Origin: a virus
Taxonomy: Duplodnaviria > Heunggongvirae > Uroviricota > Caudoviricetes
Length of the DNA stretch: 53,885 nucleotides
Direction: 5' to 3' (one strand)
IMG/VR virus record: IMGVR_UViG_2718218201_000002
Span: 64,001-117,885 of that record
Positions 40,901-49,652 of the stretch are shown here, piece after piece. The notes beneath the pieces are model-generated. The model was not told the origin of the DNA and made no database searches. It saw only the letters and a program-made list of their open reading frames with translations. How positions within the stretch are numbered: the first letter of the stretch is position 1; each line of letters opens with the position of its first letter. The position numbers were made by a program, and so were the translations under genes.

Positions 40901-43900
40901 AATAGACATGAAACAATTTCAAACAATGAAAAATTACCACAAGAACTTAAGTCTACATTGGACAATACATATACTGAATTAAACCAAAAGCATGAAGAGT
41001 TTATGAACTATGTTCAGTCTATGATTGAAGATGGTAAATCAGACAACCAAGAAAAAATAAATTATAAACAAAGGTATGAAGATTATAAAGTTTCTATTGC
41101 TAATTTTGAAGATGAATATTCTAAATCAATCTTGGCAATTTCAGACACCTATTCAAAAGACGTCGAAGGCAGACTACAAGGAAAATTTGATAGTTTAAGA
41201 GAAGAGCTTGAAAACGACCTGACTGATTTACAACAAAATCTAACAGAATTTGAGTCTTTGCTAGGCGATTCTTTTAAAGATGGTATAGTAACAGCACAAG
41301 AGAAAATTAGAATACAAGTACATTTAGACATGCTTGATAGAGAGTTTGCTGATGTGGAAGAGCAATATAAAATATTGTTAGCTAGTGAATATATCAATCA
41401 AAGTGTACGTGAATTAGTTTCAGCTAAACGTTCCCCTTATATTACTATTCACACTAACTTACGTAGATTGTTGACGTCAGTTATTGAAGACTCCAAAGTT
41501 ACTCAAGAAGAAAAGAATCAAGTTGATGAGTTGTTAAGAACATATTCAACTAAGCTAAGTGAGTATTCAGCAGCGATTACAGACGCATTAAATAAAATGT
41601 CAGTTGATATTGCTAGTGATATAGCAGCTACTCAGTTAGATAAATTTAATGCAGTAGTTCAACAAGTAAACGAAGAAATTGACAGTCTACAAAAACAAGT
41701 TGATGGAGCAATAGAAACATTTTATTACCCACATGCACCTACCCTAACTAATATACCTGCTAACGAATGGAATAGTGATTCATTGAAAGAAGCGCATATT
41801 GGGGATTTCTTTTTAAATACAAAGTCTGGGTTAGCCTACAGATTCATTAAAGAAGGTAGTACATATTCTTGGAAGGCTATTGAAGACCAAATTATCACTG
41901 AAGCATTAAACAGTTCTAAAAATGCGTTAGATGTTGCTGACGGTAAAAGACGCACATTTGTTAGTGAACCAATACCACCGTATGATGCTGGTGATATTTG
42001 GACACAAGGCACAGCTGGCGATATTTTAGTTGCAATTGGTAAGAAATTAAAAGGACAACTTTATAATCCAAGTGACTGGGTTAAAGCGTCCAAATATACT
42101 GATGATACTACTGCTAATAGAGCAATTAGTGAATTAAATAGCTTTAAAGAAACTGTAAATCGTGAAATAGGAGATTTAAGGACATTATCTGACCGGTTCA
42201 AACAAGAAGTTAATGAATCATTTGAAGATAAGATTATAACAGCTGAAGAAAAAGCATCGCTTAAAGCATTAATGCGTGTTATCCCAATGGAGAAAACAAG
42301 AGTTTCTAAGCAAGGAGAAACCATTAAAAATTCAAGGAACTTGCCAACTGAATATAAAACTAAAGTAACAAACTCTTTACAGACACTGTTAAATAACTTA
42401 GACCAATTATCTCAAGCGGTTTCGAACGCTATTACTGACGACAGAATTACAGAAGATGAGAACTCAAGTGTTGATAGAATATTCCAATCATACAATGCTT
42501 CTTTGAGTAATTATGAAAAAATAATCAATGAAGCATTTGAAGCACTCATTTTAAAAGCTGCTGAGACCGAAGCTAAAAAAGTGCAAGATAGATTTGATGA
42601 ATGGAAATCTAGTGAATTTTCTGTTGAGACAGAAAGGATTGCTTCTCGTGTGTCTGGGTCTGAATGGAATACTACATATCTCCCTCAAATTGAAGGAAAG
42701 ATAGACGGTATACAAATTGGTAATCGTAACTTGTTACCAAGTTATCAAACAAACGCTCAAATTTACTACAAATCTAACGGTGTGAGTGTTACTGGTAAAT
42801 ACGTTATCTCAATGGTTAATGGGCAACGTCTTGGTGTCCGTTTATATGATGATTATAATTTGTCTCTTGAACCAAATACTGATTATGTTTTTAAAATACA
42901 CGAAAGTAGCGATAATATTACTACTGGCGTTTTTTACAATAAAGGTTCAAACACAATTGTCCCTTATAGTAGCAGTAAGATAATTAAGTTTAATTCTAAA
43001 AATTATCAAAACATCTACATCGTTATTATTTCTAATTCAAATAATCAAACAGTAGGAAAAATATCTTTATATAAAGGCAACAAGGAGTTAGATTGGACAC
43101 CAGCGCCAGAAGATTTGGAAAGTGCTTTGAGTGAAGTTGAAACGAAAATTCAAAACAACACATCATTTATTGAACAGAACAGAGATAAAATCACATCTTC
43201 TGTAACTAGAACAGAACTTAATACTCATTTAGAAAAAGTAGCTTCTTATGAACAAACTTATCAAGTGTCGAATAATAGCTCTGAAACTCTTATTGAAAAT
43301 TTAGGAAGCATATTTGATGATAAATATTCATACGAAGTTACTGCTAGGACAAGAAACAATGCAATTACGACTTCAGCTACTGCAATTTTCACAAGTAAAG
43401 GTGTTGGTAGAGGTTTTGATTTGACTATCTTAGATGAAAAAGGAACTAATGGAATCCACCCTAAGTTTGAATTAAAAGGTAATAAAACACCTGCTATTAA
43501 CACTTATGGATATTTTAATGCACCAGTAACTATTGATGTAATTTACACAAAATATTTAGGCACCGAAACCAATATTCAAAAAGTTAATTCAAAGATTGAA
43601 CAAGCGGCAGACAGCATTAATATTGAAGTTAAAGAACTTAAAGAAAAATCAGAACTCAGAAACATGTTAAGTAACACTGATTTCGCTGTTCCAAACGCTT
43701 ATTGGTCTGATGCAAGTACAAATTCAAACTTTAGCTTTCCTGAATTAGACGAAATGAGCATTAATTCTAACAATAACTTATTGTTAAATAATGGCTTTAA
43801 TAACACAGTTGTTGGCTCAAATAATTATAAACGTGTAGAAATGAAACTGACAGAGCCTTTAGAAATTGGTTCTACATATACATTACAGTTTGAAACTGAA

Positions 43901-45352
43901 AATGATGCAAACATTTCAGTTATTTCTGTAATCCCCCACTTCCCTGAATCTCAAAGTTATACAGTAAATATTTCAGGACAAAACAGAATTACATTGAGCA
44001 TCGTGGCTACGGCTGCTAGTACATCAATGCTATTCTATGTGGGACAACAACATAGCACAAACAATACGGCTGGTATGTCAGTATCAAGAGCAACTCTAGT
44101 TAAAGGAAATCAGCCATTACCATATGAAGCAAACAAGTCGCACAGAGTAGCTAAATTAACATACACAAATAACAATAAATGGGACGCTCTTACAACTCCT
44201 ATGTTACCTGTTGGTGATAACTTGGAGTATTCAATTGGTGATGAATTAACACTCTCAGCTTACATGTATGTTCCTTCAAGAGCAAAAGAGTTGATGAGAA
44301 GTACCCCTTACATCGAATTAGCGACTTATGAAAATATTAATCAGGGAAGTAATCCAAGTTTCACAAGAGTTGCTATTCAACCATACGAAATAGTGCCAGA
44401 CAAATGGTTTAGAATTAAAACAACGGGAGTTATACCTGCTACTTCCACTAATGGCAAAACTAACTTTATTAGAGCTCTCTTACGTTATGAAGGTGTAAAC
44501 AACTCTCCTGATTCTAATTTGTTCTTCTATTATGGATTACCAATGTTAGAGAAAGGTGATGAAGCTACAAAATGGACTTTATCTCCGTCTGATTTATTTG
44601 ACCCGTCTGGTCTTGCTTCAAAGATTGCTTTATCACCTAGTAGTATTGATTTAATCTCAAAGAATTTAAACATCAATACTGACCTGACAGTTATTAAGAA
44701 TACTGAAGGGAATGTTAGAATTTCCGGCGATACAATTACAGTCTCAAGGAACTCAAGAGAAGATAGTATTAGCCTCTCTCCTGAAGGTATGACCGTTATA
44801 AAAGATGGTGTTGTTAAGGTTCAAAATAGTTATGATACAAACGTCACAAATGTACAGGCATATGAACCTCAGTTCTACTCTTATAATGAAATCAATAGTA
44901 TTAAAGATGAAAGATACAATTATAAGCCGCACGTAAAAAATGGAACAAATGGTTTATATTATTTAGATTGGGGTTCTTACGATTTAGGACGACGATATAA
45001 ACAACTTATAGAAAGTAATGGCACATCATGGGCACGAGTAAACCGCTATACTTATGAATATAATAAACGTTATTTAGTTGTCTACCTTTCTTGTTACACG
45101 TCAGATAATGACATAATGCTTCACTTGAGGTGGAGAACTGAAACAGGTGGAAATACGTTACATGAAGAGAAAATATCTTCTAAAAAATATGTGTTCCCTC
45201 GAATAGTTATTGATTTAGAAAAGAAACTTGGTAAAAAGCCTGATAACTCGACAGGTTATTTTGAATTACAAGCTGGTTTGTCAAAAGGAAGTTACAACGC
45301 ACAAAATGGCAACTTCCGAATCACACGTATGACGATGACTGATACTAGATAA
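37940..45352 (+). CDS. Tal / central tail spike protein (2470 aa)
   Basis: N-terminal prophage tail hub domain (ITRLYPFG...GTDYIEDFSY), coiled repeats, and C-terminal beta-rich carbohydrate-binding-like modules; follows Dit. Confidence 0.85.
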   Translation: MALNKHFAFDFEDRPKPKLWLLKPDYTRIERITGFTKLQGTFKHTNINQISFQIAPVVFNELEHEEKKNPIFDLIKNKYLIEYQYNGFKDTFVIDDIKKVSTESDSIEVTADSLCNELSKKSANEVELLGSTLENSMNEVLKTYAPLWSVKSIDGKLNDVKRELTAQTTTVMGLIEQLNGLFDSVAVFDNNNREISFYHKENVGVNRGLRIRENSYLKSFEDSFVSKDIITRLYPFGNNGLTIQSVNPAGTDYIEDFSYFLHPFKRDVERNVIRHSDYMSDELAHALLDYKEYYDSKKEEAEKFSKRYTDILVEHSNEKFKLNQLAATFERLRERKELLTPKSEYIDLGVKSGNFDIIVEKSSYYVLMIQNLGHLSRIRFQGQIYDIPTNDWLYLKIDTGDFQDALKYKDKLKYTIETLSTRPEYRVVLTRSSRNDYEDLEGEKLERKYNYEKYKKLVDDQSRVVATIERRMKSYEDEKKSLIESMNPKRFLSPELYKEREQFVYGAVWTEENHTEAKELYDDAIKQMKKQKILNRTLNISVVNFIQSLEDKHNWDKLVAGDVITFSNKAFDEKLKAYITDIQINFDENNVTLTVSDVIDYKNSAEVVSELIASTASSAAQVNFHKEQIREQRGKLTKMSQLIEAEWDANKKRVLAGNETVDIGSHGVKVISNENPSEFVIMVGGVIAMTKNNGETFKTGVTPDGVNAEMLIGKMIVGESLTMENESGSFRFDKDGLTVDKSAFHLMTSDGEDYFDKMKKQLEEENKVKNDLIRDEFDRKLNIAISEAIDVESIVNETSDIIKETFADGVITDVEKRLIKDTLATLEKENSEFKQQVEQAYNHPYILSEDIIKLDEAMAVYNGIYESLVVNINESISDSKITSQESKSVNDSLIHYREEIKDILVILQEIMERNLNNQLNQIISESHDYADKISLDIKDELKDLSKSINDADEYIKGAFSDNIFDSIEIENIKTLLLIVNSELEDISNRHETISNNEKLPQELKSTLDNTYTELNQKHEEFMNYVQSMIEDGKSDNQEKINYKQRYEDYKVSIANFEDEYSKSILAISDTYSKDVEGRLQGKFDSLREELENDLTDLQQNLTEFESLLGDSFKDGIVTAQEKIRIQVHLDMLDREFADVEEQYKILLASEYINQSVRELVSAKRSPYITIHTNLRRLLTSVIEDSKVTQEEKNQVDELLRTYSTKLSEYSAAITDALNKMSVDIASDIAATQLDKFNAVVQQVNEEIDSLQKQVDGAIETFYYPHAPTLTNIPANEWNSDSLKEAHIGDFFLNTKSGLAYRFIKEGSTYSWKAIEDQIITEALNSSKNALDVADGKRRTFVSEPIPPYDAGDIWTQGTAGDILVAIGKKLKGQLYNPSDWVKASKYTDDTTANRAISELNSFKETVNREIGDLRTLSDRFKQEVNESFEDKIITAEEKASLKALMRVIPMEKTRVSKQGETIKNSRNLPTEYKTKVTNSLQTLLNNLDQLSQAVSNAITDDRITEDENSSVDRIFQSYNASLSNYEKIINEAFEALILKAAETEAKKVQDRFDEWKSSEFSVETERIASRVSGSEWNTTYLPQIEGKIDGIQIGNRNLLPSYQTNAQIYYKSNGVSVTGKYVISMVNGQRLGVRLYDDYNLSLEPNTDYVFKIHESSDNITTGVFYNKGSNTIVPYSSSKIIKFNSKNYQNIYIVIISNSNNQTVGKISLYKGNKELDWTPAPEDLESALSEVETKIQNNTSFIEQNRDKITSSVTRTELNTHLEKVASYEQTYQVSNNSSETLIENLGSIFDDKYSYEVTARTRNNAITTSATAIFTSKGVGRGFDLTILDEKGTNGIHPKFELKGNKTPAINTYGYFNAPVTIDVIYTKYLGTETNIQKVNSKIEQAADSINIEVKELKEKSELRNMLSNTDFAVPNAYWSDASTNSNFSFPELDEMSINSNNNLLLNNGFNNTVVGSNNYKRVEMKLTEPLEIGSTYTLQFETENDANISVISVIPHFPESQSYTVNISGQNRITLSIVATAASTSMLFYVGQQHSTNNTAGMSVSRATLVKGNQPLPYEANKSHRVAKLTYTNNNKWDALTTPMLPVGDNLEYSIGDELTLSAYMYVPSRAKELMRSTPYIELATYENINQGSNPSFTRVAIQPYEIVPDKWFRIKTTGVIPATSTNGKTNFIRALLRYEGVNNSPDSNLFFYYGLPMLEKGDEATKWTLSPSDLFDPSGLASKIALSPSSIDLISKNLNINTDLTVIKNTEGNVRISGDTITVSRNSREDSISLSPEGMTVIKDGVVKVQNSYDTNVTNVQAYEPQFYSYNEINSIKDERYNYKPHVKNGTNGLYYLDWGSYDLGRRYKQLIESNGTSWARVNRYTYEYNKRYLVVYLSCYTSDNDIMLHLRWRTETGGNTLHEEKISSKKYVFPRIVIDLEKKLGKKPDNSTGYFELQAGLSKGSYNAQNGNFRITRMTMTDTR
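40361..42480 (+). repeat. 153-aa (459-nt) protein repeat inside Tal carrying paired D-G-x-I-T-x-x-E motifs
   Basis: Motifs start at 40361, 40571, 40820, 41030, 41279, 41489, 42227, 42437 (spacing 210/249 nt). Confidence 0.8.
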
Positions 45353-45371
45353 TAATATATGAGGTGGAAAT

Positions 45372-45728
45372 ATGCTAAAGCCAATAAAAACATATGAAAG
45401 TGTGCAAGATGAAAATGGCAAATACATTACTGAATTGTACATACTAGCTATTGCTTTAAATAGTATTGACGAAGAAGGAAAATTTTCAAGATGTTCTGTT
45501 GGGACAGACAATTCTTTAGACGTCCCTTCTATTACTTTTATTATAGATGAAAATATATATGAACAATTAGACGATTTAAGGGTGAAAATAATTAATAATA
45601 AATATGAGCTAGTGCCAAGAGCTGGTTATGATTTTATTGAAAAAGAATTAGAAACACCGGAACAGCGTAGAATTAGAGAATTAGAAGAGCAATTAGCGAA
45701 ATTAAAAGCAGTGCAAGGAGGATTATAA
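45372..45728 (+). CDS. Small tail-associated protein
   Basis: 118 aa with C-terminal coiled coil, after Tal. Confidence 0.7.
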   Translation: MLKPIKTYESVQDENGKYITELYILAIALNSIDEEGKFSRCSVGTDNSLDVPSITFIIDENIYEQLDDLRVKIINNKYELVPRAGYDFIEKELETPEQRRIRELEEQLAKLKAVQGGL

Positions 45729-45907
45729 TGGACAATAAAGAACTAAGTGTTGAAGATTTGAAAAGTCAATTAGGCTACCTTAAAGCTAAATACGATAAAG
45801 CAATGCATAGTATGACTAATCAATTAGACTATATTATGGAGCTCGAAGTGGAAAACGATTTATTGAAAACAAAATTAAACGAATTAATGAAAGAGTCACA
45901 GGGATAA
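45728..45907 (+). CDS. 59-aa coiled-coil protein (not in ORF track)
   Basis: SD GGAGG; MDNKELSVEDLKSQLGYLKAKYDKAMHSMTNQLDYIMELEVENDLLKTKLNELMKESQG. Confidence 0.8.
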   Translation: MDNKELSVEDLKSQLGYLKAKYDKAMHSMTNQLDYIMELEVENDLLKTKLNELMKESQG

Positions 45908-45947
45908 TTCCTTGTGACTTTTACTCTATAAATAAGGAGTGCTATTA

Positions 45948-48673
45948 GTGCCAAAATTTAATAATACATACGTTTTAAAGTTAGACGTAAAGCAACAAAA
46001 TCCTAATCCTCAAATTAAATTTGTGCAGTATGACTCAGCGTATTTATACATTGAGTTGTATGATGGTGGAAGAAAAATGGAACTTGAAGAAGGTGAACGT
46101 TTCACTGTCTCTATTGAGCATGAGGAAACAGGCACACGCAATACTGGATTAGCACATTATGACGGTGAACAATTTGTTGTTTATGAATTGCGTCATGCCG
46201 ATATGCAATATACAGGTAAATATAAAGCACGATTTGCCTCATATAAAGACAGAGAGCGTGTTACTTCACTTGTGTTCCGTTATGAAGTATATGAGGACTT
46301 GGAGCAAATCGGTGACGTCAGTGAGCTTACAATGTTACAAGAATTGTTTGTTGAGACTGAAGAAATTGGTCGTGTAACACAACGTCAAGGTGAATATGCT
46401 GAGGACAGAGGTGACTATGCAAACGCTGCTGGAGATTATGCAAATACAGCTGGAGATAGTCGTATGATGAATTGGGTTCCTTATGTGAGAACAATTCAAG
46501 AGCGAAGTGAACGATACCCTAATCCAAATAATGGAGACACATTATATGTTATCGATGAGAATAAAGTATTTAGATATGATGGCATTGATGCAATGGACTG
46601 GGAAGCAATTGCTGGTTGGGATACTTCGGTCATTCAAGATATTTACAAAACTAAAGAAGATAAAGTAGTTGTAAAGAAACTCACAGATGATTTAAGAGAT
46701 GAGCTAAGAGCGTTAACAGTTGGTGGAAGAAACTTATTAGGCGGAACAAGTTTTAAATCAGATTTTTCTCCTACTGAGTCAACAAATGCATATAATTTTA
46801 ATCGCTCTAATACAAATGAATTAACTATCTCCCTACTGGAAGTTATACATCTTCATCTTATTATGGGTTTAAATTAGAGAAAGAAGTTGAGGCTAACAGT
46901 TTTGTTTCAGTGTCATTTTACGCTAAAGCAAACGCTCAAGGAACATTTAACTTTAGAGTTGGAAATCTAGAATGGTCTCAAGATTTAGAGATTGAAGCAT
47001 CTGATGATTTCAAAAAATACAAGTTGAGCATACCAACTACCCACCATACAGAGAAAAAAGATTACGTTTATTTTAAACACTCTAACACTATCATTATTCA
47101 ATCAATGAGTTTAAAAGTAGAAGAAGGTAATCGCCCCACTACATGGACTCCATCATATATGGATATTATGAATGAATTCAAAAGAGTTGACGGCGAGATT
47201 CGTCGTATTGACGGTACTCTTGGTTCTCATAACGAAAGAATTACAGGGCTAGAGACTGAAATGAGCACTAATGTAGTTAAGAAAAACATTTATGAACGTG
47301 ATAGACAAGCTAACACTGAAAAATTTGCTCAAATTACACAGACCGCAGAAGGTTTAGAAAGCGTTGTTGGTAGAAAAGTCGGTGCCGAAGAAGTTAAATC
47401 ATTAATCAACCAATCTGCTGAGAGAATCAAAATTAAAGCAAGTAATATTGATTTTAACGGTATGACATCATTTAAGAATACAGAAAATAAACTTGACCCT
47501 AACGCATTTATCCAAATTAATGGTGGAGCTATTAAATCTCGTGGTTACTATGAACGTGTATGGCGTGATGGTATTAAACGTAACAGAATCCAAGAAATTA
47601 ACATTGAAGATGGTATGGTGCGTATCTCTGACCCAAAAGGTGACTTAATAGATAATGAAACTTATGGTTATGACTTTGTAAACGACTTACAAAAAGATGG
47701 TACAAGACAATATAATACATGGCGCTCATTGTACTACTCTTCTGATGGTATTTCTACTTTCCGTGACGGCTCAGGTAAAAACTACGACCACAAAGGTAGA
47801 ATTGTCTCTTCTGGTACGATTGAGTTTTTCTCACATGCGTATTCAAAAGCACGTGGTCTTACAATGTATTCGGCATATGGTGCGATTGGACTACAAGCAA
47901 CCGGTGGACAAATTCACCTTGATGCGGCTGCAACAGTGTACGGACGTTCTCGTCAATCTGATATTAGATTAAGACCACATGAAAATTTACGTAGTGGAAC
48001 AAATGAATTTGCTTTTGGTGTAAGTTCAGATAGCTCAGGTAGATTAGTGTTTGGTGATTTATCTAAAAAACTTGGAGCAGGCTTTAGATTCATGAAATCT
48101 AAAAACCCTACCATTTACGGTTTGGACGCATCAGGTTCAGCCTCAGCAGCAGTGACTTTAAATATCGGGCGTATTCAAGCGGATAAGATTACATCACGAA
48201 ACGGCAAGAAATCAGTGTATTTCAACGGTGAGGGTTCTGGTAACTTAGCAAGCTCAAACGTGTTGATTTCATCAGGCATTAAAACTGGCGGTAACTCCTT
48301 CTATTTAGGCGTTGACGGTGAATTACGTGTAACGAACAAACGAGGATACAATCAAGGTAAGTCAATCACTTATAAACCAATTCGTGCTAGTAAATTAAAT
48401 TCCGTATCTTCACGCAAATATAAAACTAACATTGAAGATTTAAAATTAGACACATTAGAACTGTTGAAGAAAACTAAAGTGAAACAATATAATCTTAAAT
48501 CTGATTTAGAAGAAGGATATAAGAAGACTAAGTATGGTGTAATCCTTGAAGATGTAGACGAAGCGCTTCAAGAGGGAGATGCTATCGATGTATATACAAT
48601 GACTTCATTGTTATGGGACGCCGTACAGAAACAACAAACAAAAATTGATGAGTTGGAAAGCAAATTGAAATAA
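45948..48673 (+). CDS. Baseplate/receptor-binding protein: BppU-like N-terminus, C-terminal Peptidase S74-like intramolecular chaperone; 1-nt frameshift near 46832
   Basis: Adding one C at TCCCTACT joins the ORFs (TISPTGSYTSSSYYGFKL...). C-terminus SSRKYKTNIEDL...YGVILED...LWDAVQ is typical of S74 chaperones. Confidence 0.8.
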
Positions 48674-48675
48674 AC

Positions 48676-48700
48676 AAAGGGGTACCCATTCCCCTTTTAT
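48676..48700 (+). terminator. Rho-independent terminator
   Basis: AAAGGGG/CCCCTTT stem plus T-run. Confidence 0.75.
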
Positions 48701-48725
48701 ATAAATTTTTAGGAGGAATAGTAGT

Positions 48726-49130
48726 GTGCAAAGTTTAGAGGGTAGAGTTTCGCAAGTTGAAGATAGTATTAAAACAATTAATCAAGATTTGAAAGACTTG
48801 AAACGGGAAATGTCTGAGCAAGATGAAAAAATAGAGAGAAAAATTGATGAAAAATTTAAAGAGATTGAAACTAAAATTGATAAAAACAACGATGCTCAAA
48901 CAACAAAGTCAGACAAAATAGCTGACGGTGTGGATACTATTAAGGAAACAATCTTTACAAACACTCTTACCCAACAAAAACTACAAAGTTCGATTGAATT
49001 GCTTCAAGCCGATAAAGAATCTGAAAAGCATGAAAGAAATAAACTTAAATGGGCTATTTACGGTGTCGGGTTCTCATTATTAAGCACACTGGTTTGGACA
49101 TGGATTCGATTGACTTTTGGTTTAATGTAA
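48726..49130 (+). CDS. Coiled-coil protein with C-terminal transmembrane helix (XhlA/BhlA-like lysis accessory)
   Basis: 134 aa; single hydrophobic C-terminal segment; upstream of the holin. Confidence 0.65.
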   Translation: MQSLEGRVSQVEDSIKTINQDLKDLKREMSEQDEKIERKIDEKFKEIETKIDKNNDAQTTKSDKIADGVDTIKETIFTNTLTQQKLQSSIELLQADKESEKHERNKLKWAIYGVGFSLLSTLVWTWIRLTFGLM

Positions 49131-49151
49131 ATATTTAAAGGTGGTGATTTT

Positions 49152-49208
49152 ATGTTTAAATTAGCAGCTTCATTTTGGGCTTGTTTCTGGTTTGGTATTT
49201 GCAAATAA
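49152..49208 (+). CDS. 18-aa hydrophobic micropeptide MFKLAASFWACFWFGICK
   Basis: Strong SD AAAGGTGGTG; followed directly by a terminator. Confidence 0.55.
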   Translation: MFKLAASFWACFWFGICK

Positions 49209-49218
49209 CTGATTGATT

Positions 49219-49250
49219 GAGGTAGTCTTTATGGCTACCTCTTTTATTTT
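49219..49250 (+). terminator. Rho-independent terminator
   Basis: GAGGTAG/CTACCTC stem plus T-run. Confidence 0.75.
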
Positions 49251-49282
49251 AATTATTAAATATTATGGAGTGATAGATACTT

Positions 49283-49603
49283 ATGGATACAAAAATGATT
49301 ATTAGAACAGCATTATTTTTATACGCTGCAATTAACCAAATTTTATTAACACGTGGTTACAACCCTCTCCCATTCGTTGAAGGTGATGTTGAACAAGCGA
49401 TTAACTTAATTATTGGTGCTTATGCTTCTTTTGAAATTTGGAGAAAAAACAACAACTACACACCAGAAGCTAAACGTGCACAAGCTAAATTAAATAAATA
49501 CAAAGCTGAAAAGAAATATGCTAAAGCAACTGGCGGCACATTGTCAGTGATTAAAGACCAACCTCTAGGTGCTGATATTGATATTCGTGAAGGTAATAAA
49601 TAA
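49283..49603 (+). CDS. Holin, SPP1 family
   Basis: MDTKMIIRT...INQIL...PLP...WRKNNNYT..AKRAQ signature. Confidence 0.88.
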   Translation: MDTKMIIRTALFLYAAINQILLTRGYNPLPFVEGDVEQAINLIIGAYASFEIWRKNNNYTPEAKRAQAKLNKYKAEKKYAKATGGTLSVIKDQPLGADIDIREGNK

Positions 49604-49652
49604 TTATTATGCTATCTAACACAGAATATTCAATTAAAGGAGAATTATATAA

